A stretch of 64,000 nucleotides of DNA from assembly GCA_964016885.1 (NCBI GenBank), contig OZ024742.1:121644001-121708000 (forward strand), read 5' to 3'. The translations under genes were made by a program, and so were the position numbers. This DNA is from Eledone cirrhosa (taxonomy: Eukaryota). Shown piece by piece: positions 55,359 to 64,000 of the stretch. How positions within the stretch are numbered: the stretch's first letter is position 1; the number at the start of each line of letters is the position of its first letter. A model generated the notes under the pieces. That model was not told the DNA's origin. It did not search any database and worked only from the letters and a program-made list of their open reading frames with translations.

Positions 55359-55525
55359 TTCCTTTCTGATGTCTTTCTGATTCCAGACGTCTCTATTGAG
55401 CTCGCCTGTCATCGTGAAACCGTTGGTAAATGGAATAATTGCATTGTGTTGTTTATTACATAATTAAATACCTCTGTACTATACATAGAGCACTCTCCCT
55501 TCCTTTACCCTTTCTACGGAAATAC

Positions 55526-55530
<5 letters not shown>
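55359..55530 (+). mobile_element. Decayed HHR module, same family as 13420-13600 and 19200-19310
   Basis: CTGATGT..GAAA-CCGTTGG-TA-AATGGAA then TGTTGTTTATTACATAA..CATAGAGCACTCT. Confidence 0.6.
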
Positions 55531-55563
<33 letters not shown>

Positions 55564-57379
55564 TGACGTTCTACCGATACTGAAAATCCAATTCCCTTAA
55601 ATAATGGCTTCTGATTTAGTTACCAGGCCAACAATTTTGTGGGAGGGTAAAGTCAATTAAATCGACCCCAGTGAGTTATTGGTATATTATTTTATCGTCA
55701 CTGCACGGATGAAAGATAAAGCTACTCTCGGTGGCATTTGATCTCAGAACGTAAAGGGAGGTAACTATATACAGTAAAATATGTCCGATGCTCAATCCAG
55801 GTACCTACAGTGAGGTAAATCCAAAATAATAACACACATACACAAAACAAGACACTACTTCGTGGTTAAATACATTAACATTTACCTAAATGATAGTATG
55901 TCATGGACTCCCATACACCGATGTACGTTTTGATAATAAAAAAATAACGAGACTAGAAGTGATGGAAAAGAAGAGAAAAGATAAATTTGACATCAGAAAT
56001 GCTCGTGTAGATACACTATTTTGTTATTGAAATGAACCGCAACATTTGAATACATTATGTAAAAGAGCTGAATTTGTTTTAAAAGCTTTGCTCACTGGTT
56101 GCATTATTATGTAGATATTATAGTTTTCGTGGATAGCTTAACTTGTGAATGAAGTAGGGTTTTGCCTATGTCATTGAAAGAAAATGTATATAACTCCCCA
56201 TAAAGCCAAAAATAGCCGTTTTGATAACTACTTTCATATGTGTAATAAACTAAAGAACAAAGTATAATCTATCGCACACTTTTATGTGAACATAAACTGA
56301 AGATTAAATCAGTATGATTTGGAAAAAAGAAATTTGAACAACACATTAACTGAAACAAAATTTGACTGCTTTAGTGTGGGTGGTAAGGAGTGGGCGTGCA
56401 TTGTCTGCTAACCAGTTTTCATTGCGTTCACTTTATTTGCATCAATATAACTAAAGTGAAAGGAATGAACGTCACAAGTTCCCTGCCTGAATTCTTAGGT
56501 ATTAGACATGTTAAAAAGAGGACTTAAATTCACTCATATATCAACCCTAATATTTTCAGACAAGCTTTTGAAACAATGGAATAAATTATTGTACCATGGG
56601 GACGAAGAAATTTTATAAATTTTCAGGCAATGCTTCCAGTCTGGGTAAGGTGAATGATTAATTCTCTTTTCCGAAGAGGTCTCACTAGAATAATTTAATC
56701 TAAATTGTAAATAATTCATAGTCACTATTTTCCGACGCACTACATAATATGGTCGAAACATACCTGCACATGCCTGGTAAAAAATATAGATATCCCTCCT
56801 AAGCATAGCATGAAAAACGCAAATTTTCTGTGAGATTAAATCTTAATTGCTCAACTTTTCTTTGACTAAGGTTTGTGTTTTGATACAATGGTTAACAATT
56901 GCCTCTATAATTTCTGTTTTCCTTCTCCAACTAAGAGTTAAATTGCAATTAATTAAGGAAATTTTGCGTAGATAATTCAGGAAATCACCACCTAGTCACA
57001 AATTATTTAAACTCATGCTAATAGTGCACTTGAGTTATTTCCCTTACTTTTGAAATCATGGCCAAATGTCTTTGTAATCCCGTTTTTATATTTGTAAATA
57101 TTCACGATTAAAGCAGCGCTTTTGAAGATGGCACGTTAATATTAAGATTCGATAAAACTAAATAATGTCCACAGCGGAAATCCTGCCTGCAGACAAAGAC
57201 CAGATGTTTCCCTCAGATTTTGTTTGTAAAATTTAGAATCTATTTTCTTTGAAGTTACAGGTAGGTTTATTTTCGTTTTTCAAACAGGAAGCAATTTATT
57301 TAATACATCATCACCTCTTTAGATCGCGAGGTATTTTTATTGCCAAATGTTTCATGATTTAACGTAGACACTTAGTATT

Positions 57380-57545
<166 letters not shown>

Positions 57546-57694
57546 TTGAGTATGTGTTGGTTGGTTAACGACACTACAGTATGCAGAGTAGAGCACTCAA
57601 GGATGTGCGCAGGTGGGTCTGTTTACTCCGGAGTAATTTAAAAACAAGAAGTGTAAGTCAACAGGTTAAAATTAACTTCGTTTATTCATATTCA

Positions 57695-57751
57695 CTGTTA
57701 TATATATTTCGGTGATAACCATTATTCAACAGCAATGACCTCATCAGACAG
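57695..57751 (-). ncRNA. Type I hammerhead ribozyme
   Basis: CTGT-CTGATGA-GGT..GCTGTT/AATGGT..ACC-GAAA-TATATA-TA-ACAG. Confidence 0.82.
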
Positions 57752-58072
57752 CTAGAACTTGAACAGAAAGAACAGAAAAACATAATGGTGGAACAACCTC
57801 TGTTATTTCGGTCCCTTGATATGCCCTGTTCAGAAGTATGGTGTTGTTTTCTCAAAGAATTGGTGGCATATACACCGTGATGCAACATTAGTTAAATCAT
57901 CAAACATAAATGGTATATATAAATATATATATATACAAATGAGATTAATCACCTATACACACACAAACACATATATATGCAAATGAGATTAATCACCTCA
58001 TTTATACAGACGAAAACACTATATATTTTCGTCTGTTTTTAAAGTCCGGCAGTTGCAAGAGCAGGAGAAATG

Positions 58073-58110
58073 GTCCTGACAAAGACCAGTTGAGTTCGAA
58101 ATGCATCGAC
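58073..58110 (+). ncRNA. Minimal hammerhead-like motif, G8A core variant
   Basis: GTC-CTGACAA-..-GAAA-TGCA-TC-GAC; palindromic ATGCAT. Confidence 0.4.
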
Positions 58111-58233
58111 GATTTCCCCTTTTTTGTGTCGAGCACCACTAGATGGCGTTGGTTGCCAGTGTTTTTCATAGCTATGGCTTTCCAAATGTTTATTTATAGA
58201 CATACCGTATTTCTTTAGAAATACGAAATTCAA

Positions 58234-58279
<46 letters not shown>

Positions 58280-58608
58280 CACACATATATACACACACAT
58301 ATATATATAGTCACATCTCTACCTTTCTAATATGACTTGATCCAGCCATGTGTCAAGAGTTGATTAAAAACCTGAGATAGGCTTCCAGGAGTATATTTTT
58401 CTTAATGTCTGTTCATTTCTAATGTACCAAATCCGCACTTACAGTGGTATATAAATAATCCCTAAACACCACTTTAAAACGGTTACGAAGAAAGTTTTTC
58501 CGAATGTAATCTTTGAGGATTTTTAAACAAATTTGAAGGGCTTCATTTTAAATGGAAGAAAATCATGCTTTTTATTTATCTTATAAAAATTACTCAAAAT
58601 GAATTATA

Positions 58609-59040
58609 ATAACCCAGTAAAAATTGTTTCTACTATTGGCACAACGCCAGCAATCACCCCAGTGCATTACTGATACTTGATTTTATCGACCCCCGTAAGG
58701 ATGAAATGCAAAGTTAACCTCGGCGGGATTTGAACTCAGAATGGAATGGGTCGTAACTCTATGCGTCAAAGCATGGCGTCCGACCCTCTACCAATACTGC
58801 CAATTCACCGCCCTTAATATAACCCAGTAATAATTGTTTCTACTTTAGGCACAATGCCAGCAATTACCCAGTGCATTACTGGTACTTTATTATATCGACC
58901 CCGTAAGGATGAAAGGAAAAGTCAACCTCGGCGGAATTTGAACTCAGATCGTAAAGGGACGTAACTATGCTGGAAAGCATGGCGTTCGACCCTCTACCGA
59001 TACTGCCAATCCACCGCCCTTTATATATATAACCCAGTAA
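58609..59040 (-). mobile_element. Two tandem SINEs bracketed by three copies of ATAACCCAGTAA
   Basis: SINEs 58623-58813 and 58832-59020; 12-mer at 58609, 58819, 59029. Confidence 0.9.
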
Positions 59041-59359
59041 TAATGCTAAGCTATTTGTGTAGTGGAGGAATGGATGACAGTTGAGAAAGAATTCTGCATT
59101 GCAGAGGTTTTCACTAATGAATAAATTTAAAGTGTTTGCTGCAATATCTTATAGTAGAAAAACGAGAAAGATATAAAGTCGCTTCTTTTAAAGAAGCGTC
59201 TAAAGGTTCAGCTACTTTGCTGAGCATTACAATCTATCTCTCTTTCTCTCTCTCGCTCCATATATATAGTTCAAAACTAGACATACGAACATGGAAAATA
59301 ATAATGAAGATTCACAGATGCACCTCATGATTTTTTTATATATAGACATATATATTTAC

Positions 59360-59640
59360 ATTACAAAACGAAAAGAAAATAGTTCATACAAAATAAGCTG
59401 TAACTTGTTTTATAGATATAAGTGGGTTTTCAGAAATAGTCATGATTTTGTAATTAGTTTTTGAACTAACTCGACAATCCTTTAGTAGAAAAACTAATTA
59501 GATAATCATGACTATGTCTGAAAAACCAACCTGTATTTTAAAGACCCCTCCTTCACAAAAAATAAAATAAACCCAAACAAAACCCAAAAGTTATAATTTA
59601 TTTTGTATGAACTAATTTCTTTTAATTTTGCATTGTAAAC
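59360..59640. repeat. Imperfect nested inverted repeat, MITE-like
   Basis: GAAAATAGTTCATACAAAATAA / TTATTTTGTATGAACTAATTTC outside; TTTTCAGAAATAGTCATGATT / AATCATGACTATGTCTGAAAA inside. Confidence 0.65.
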
Positions 59641-60267
59641 TAAAATTTATAAATAAAAAGCATGAGATGCATCTTATTCAAATCTATATTAGTGACCCCA
59701 ATGTTACTATTCCAATGTTACGAATTTTAAAAATTATATATATGTGTATATATATATATATGTGTATATATATATATATGAATGTGTGTGTGTCTGATGG
59801 TAGCTATGCTTCCATAGGCGGTATGCCGGTTGAGCACTCTATGTTCTTACAGAGCAGAGTGTGATATAATATAAAACGAAAAATCAGTGATGCATGTGAA
59901 CTCAATTTATTGTGTGTTACAATTGTTTCGCCGGTGGACAGCTCGAGACACGATCATTGTGTGGATCTGTCTGATTCTGGATCTGCTGGTTCGACGGACA
60001 TATCAAATTATTTCGGAGAAAATTCTCTCACTGGGGTGTTAGCGTCAAAAACATCCTCTTCGCGCATCCTGCTATTGGCCGTTGTTTTCCTACGTCATCA
60101 TCATTTTGACCAACAGGTATGATACATCTGACCATCAGCTGTCCATTTTCGCCCACACTTCGATGAATTACTGCTGGATTAGGTAGTTCACCCGTCCACA
60201 CACGCACACACACACACGCACACACACACACGCACACACACGCACACACACACACACACACGCACAC

Positions 60268-60329
<62 letters not shown>

Positions 60330-60336
60330 ACACACA

Positions 60337-60377
<41 letters not shown>

Positions 60378-60494
60378 ACATAGATAACAACAACCGTACG
60401 CATATACTCCCGCTATACATACGCACTTAAGTAGAACATATAAACCTATAAACATACGCAAACACAGACGTCTGCCCGCATGCCCACATACATC

Positions 60495-60551
<57 letters not shown>

Positions 60552-60690
60552 TCGCACAGACGCACACACATGCATACGCGTATATCTGCTCGTATACACA
60601 AACACGTACAGACATATACATAGACACGCACGCACATACACACATGTGTCCGTATACACAGGCAAAAATACAGACTAGCTCACAAACAGA

Positions 60691-60742
<52 letters not shown>

Positions 60743-61822
60743 GGTGGCTGCCAACTCGTTTTCGAGTACGGCCACTACTTTATATCCATGTAGGAGAACC
60801 CTTACCGATGCGCTGAACGAGTGTGACTTTTTAGTCCAGCCAGCGTATTGAAAACTCTGGTACAAACACTACACTTGTGACAATTATTGACACATAGTGC
60901 TGGGCCCATGGTACCATGTGACGACAAGTGCAGAGAGATCTCCAGATATAAAGCAATGCCTGTGCCGTGAAGCTTTTATAGTGAGCAAAGGCACTGCACA
61001 AAGCCAGTCCCACTCTCTTAACCAAGATGATATTTACCAAAAAGAAGAACAAGTCAACATCATTGGATACCATCAGAGTTGCAGGTGTTATATCAGAGTT
61101 TTCCTTCTCCTAGAATTCTGCCTTGACAAAGGCTAAAGGGGTCATCTCTCCCGGTGATTTTGGATGGCTATTGACTCTTAAGAGCTCCTTTGCCCTTTGA
61201 CAGGTTCTGCTTTTAGTCCTGCAGGATGTCCAAAGTCACCCTCCTCACTAAGAAACCTTGGTGGGGTTGCCAGTTTAGTCGCCAACGACCCGACCATGAG
61301 ACATATGTCAGGTCACCAGTTGGTGCTACTGGTAACATGTATCCCAGTATATATATATATATATATACATATATATATACACACAAACAAGCCCTATCCC
61401 TACAGTGGATGCCCGTACACACTCCACACACACACTGGCTTATATACATGCACGCCTACAAAGATACATACATATATGTATACATATACACAAATGTGAT
61501 ATACGCACAAAGTCATATAAAGATACACAATGAGACATACAAAGGGTCATACATGAAAGGATTATCTTGTTATAAACATGCACATATATAAGCAATATAA
61601 CCATAAACATACATCTATACACACATACACACTCACACACACATATATATATACACATACACACATGCATATACATATACACATACATATATACACATAT
61701 ATAAAAGAAATATACAATATACTAAAAATATACATATAACATCATACATGAAGGGATGTATCTTGTTATAAACATGTACATATATAAACAATAAACAATA
61801 TAACCATATACATACATCCACA

Positions 61823-61893
<71 letters not shown>

Positions 61894-61933
61894 GATATTA
61901 AACAAATGGAAACTACATTTATAAAACCATATT

Positions 61934-61999
61934 TATTTCATTATATATATTTCAGGGATATCATATTAAAAATATGGTATGCCCTCTTCAGACAAAATA
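61934..61999 (-). ncRNA. Type I hammerhead ribozyme (inverted copy)
   Basis: Reverse complement of 62209-62274. Confidence 0.82.
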
Positions 62000-62208
62000 C
62001 AATATATAAACAGTTTTATAAATAAATTTGACATACCTTAAAAAATTTTACAACTCCCATTTAAAAAGTTGTTATTTTACAACTTTTTAAATGGAAGTTG
62101 TTATTTTACAACTTTAACAAAAAGTTGTTATTTTACAACTTTTTAAATGGAAGTTGTAACATTTTTTTAAGGTATGTCAAATTTATTTATAAAACTGTTT
62201 ATATATTG

Positions 62209-62274
62209 TATTTTGTCTGAAGAGGGCATACCATATTTTTAATATGATATCCCTGAAATATATATAATGAAATA
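62209..62274 (+). ncRNA. Type I hammerhead ribozyme
   Basis: TATTTTGT-CTGAAGA-GGGCATA.CATATT/AATATG.TATCCCT-GAAA-TATATA-TA-ATGAAATA. Confidence 0.82.
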
Positions 62275-62401
62275 AATATGGTTTTATAAATGTAGTTTCC
62301 ATTTGTTTAATATCGTAAAATACTCCAAAACCAGTTGAGTGCTTTTATATCAGTTATAAAATATTTACTCGTTGTAACCCAACAATTTTAAATAAAACTT
62401 T

Positions 62402-62427
<26 letters not shown>

Positions 62428-62435
<8 letters not shown>

Positions 62436-62540
62436 TAAAAGGAATTCCAACTTTGTCTGATTTACTCATTTTATAAATTTTAAAGGATTGTAAATAAAAC
62501 GGGTAAATCAGACAAAGTTGGAATTCCTTTTATTAATATA
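62428..62540. repeat. Short inverted repeat (~40-bp arms) after (TA)n
   Basis: ATTAATAAAAGGAATTCCAACTTTGTCTGATTTAC / GTAAATCAGACAAAGTTGGAATTCCTTTTATTAAT. Confidence 0.85.
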
Positions 62541-62572
62541 ATCTTCTATACACAATCATACACACCCGTGTA

Positions 62573-62610
<38 letters not shown>

Positions 62611-62839
62611 ATCTAGCTGTCGTCTGTTCTACAGTGTGGATGTCATTCACTTCGCACAGAAGTTTTGTTCAAATTTATTGAGGAAATTTTGTGAGTTCAA
62701 ACTTAATTTTGATACAATTGTGTAGCTTGACCCTCCGTCTGAACTGTCAGGCGGTGGGTCAGCTCATCTTTACCCCTCCTAGAGGTGAAAAACCTGTTTT
62801 AAAAAATTTTGTGTAAAAAATTTCAATCGTCTAACAGAA

Positions 62840-64000
62840 ATGTTAAACGCAGCGAACGAAAATAGTGGTGGGGGGACAGCGGTAAGAGTTGTAAGCTCGC
62901 ACGCTTTAGTCCCCCCTTCCTTCCCAACTAACGTCATAGAGAAGGAAGGAAAAATTAAAATAAAAACAGACGAATCTGCGGAAAAAAAAAAAAAAAATGA
63001 CGAAAACACAAATCTGGACTTGGATTCCAATAACGAAAAAAAAAAATTTGAAAAATTGCATGACAATACTAATAACACAAACAAAGACACAACAAACACA
63101 AAAATAACATTTGAAAATAACACCATATCAGAAAACAAAGCAGACGACGAGATTTCATTTGCACAGAAAACACAGAAATCTTTGACTTATATAGCGGAAA
63201 ACATTTCAGATGTGGTACGAAGGATCACGGACGCCAAACAATACATAAGTGAAGGAGAGAATGGTATTTTATCGGTAAAAATGCCTCAAGAATTCACGAA
63301 AGACATTGAAAGCCGAACGGTCAAGTTTCGGACCATCAACAACAGTACAAAAAAACCTGAACAGCCTTCTCAAGCAGATATCAAAACAGTACTCACAGAA
63401 GTACTTAATGAAACCACTTTCATAAGAAAAGACAGACTGTATGGAAGCCTAGCAATTATCATGAAGAACGAATCGGCGGCAAAAAAATGTGCTTTGTCAC
63501 CGATTCGTTCGAAAAATTTCACCTTTTATCCATCTTATATGGGGAAAAGAACTCAACGCATATGGCTGGATGCAATGATGCCAGATGTGGACTACTGCTG
63601 GCTCATAGCTGGCTTCATCGATCCAGTGAATGACAACGTGATTTCCATTGGGAAAACCACAGGCAATGCGTTCAGTGGAACAGGTATAGAGCTGGTAGTA
63701 CAAATGAAGCCTGAACGCATCGCCCAAATACCCGACAGAATCCTATTAGAGGACCACGGGTATATAAACATTAGCGTGGAGGGGAGAAGGCCGTCCTGCC
63801 ACATCTGTGCAGGCAGAGGGCACCTGAAGGCCGCTTGTCCCCAACTCAACAAAAAGAAAACCCTGCTACCAACACCAGCTCCACCACCACCAACACAACA
63901 GATAAACAAACAACAAAACTCAGTCCCACCCAACCCGTCCCTCAGTAAAACCACAACACCACCACAACACAAACAGTCACAACACATTACCCCAAAACAA
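62840..64000 (+). CDS. LINE (L1/Tx1-like) ORF1 gag-like protein with CCHC zinc knuckle; runs off the window end
   Basis: ATG at 62840 is in frame with VEGRRPSCHICAGRGHLKAAC at ~63776-63838; no stop in the segments I translated; absent from the ORF track, presumably because it has no stop within the window. Confidence 0.8.
   Translation, partial: MLNAANENSGGGTAVRVVSSHALVPPSFPTNVIEKEGKIKIKTDESAEKKKKNDENTNLDLDSNNEKKKFEKLHDNTNNTNKDTTNTKITFENNTISENKADDEISFAQKTQKSLTYIAENISDVVRRITDAKQYISEGENGILSVKMPQEFTKDIESRTVKFRTINNSTKKPEQPSQADIKTVLTEVLNETTFIRKDRLYGSLAIIMKNESAAKKCALSPIRSKNFTFYPSYMGKRTQRIWLDAMMPDVDYCWLIAGFIDPVNDNVISIGKTTGNAFSGTGIELVVQMKPERIAQIPDRILLEDHGYINISVEGRRPSCHICAGRGHLKAACPQLNKKKTLLPTPAPPPPTQQINKQQNSVPPNPSLSKTTTPPQHKQSQHITPKQ

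Larger units (their letters stand above)
61891..62405. mobile_element. Fold-back PLE-type module with a hammerhead in each arm
   Basis: 61891-62075 inverted at ~62133-62316; central tandem of AAGTTGTTATTTTACAACTT. Confidence 0.88.

Noticed and set aside
56534-56806. HSPYPD resembling the mariner YSPDL motif
   Set aside because: No TIRs or other transposase motifs found
57188-57266. AG..GTAGGT bounded segment as a host exon
   Set aside because: Splice-like signals alone are not sufficient; no recognisable protein
58136-58148. CTCF-like motif CCACTAGATGGCG
   Set aside because: Single short match inside a probable repeat; no independent support

Overview
AT-rich animal genomic DNA, probably cephalopod (octopus-like); this is inferred only from the dominant tRNA-derived SINE and the extreme (TA)n/(CA)n load. 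I see no host protein-coding exon, and almost all ORF-track entries are microsatellite artefacts. The window is a mosaic of transposons: a near-full-length Naiad-type Penelope-like retroelement (PLE, 0.5-4.3 kb), two GIY-YIG 3' fragments of a second PLE family, an internally deleted mariner, Tx1/L1-like ORF2 and ORF1 segments, RTE-type fragments and about 20 SINEs. The main hidden layer is RNA structure. Reading both strands by eye gives about 20 type-I hammerhead ribozyme (HHR) cores, intact or decayed, mostly with self-complementary stem III. They sit in non-coding PLE-derived modules that are inserted in (TA)n and usually folded back as inverted repeats, up to a nested ~5.8-kb palindrome. 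Top candidate for a new system: two diverged, non-coding, retrozyme-like elements (4.8-5.6 kb and 47.5-48.4 kb). Their ~600-nt-spaced direct repeats each carry all hammerhead parts in a non-circularly permuted, pseudoknotted order (UH, then GAAA, then CUGANGA), with compensatory base changes between the two families. All folds were derived manually and none has been tested; coordinates of decayed repeats are approximate.
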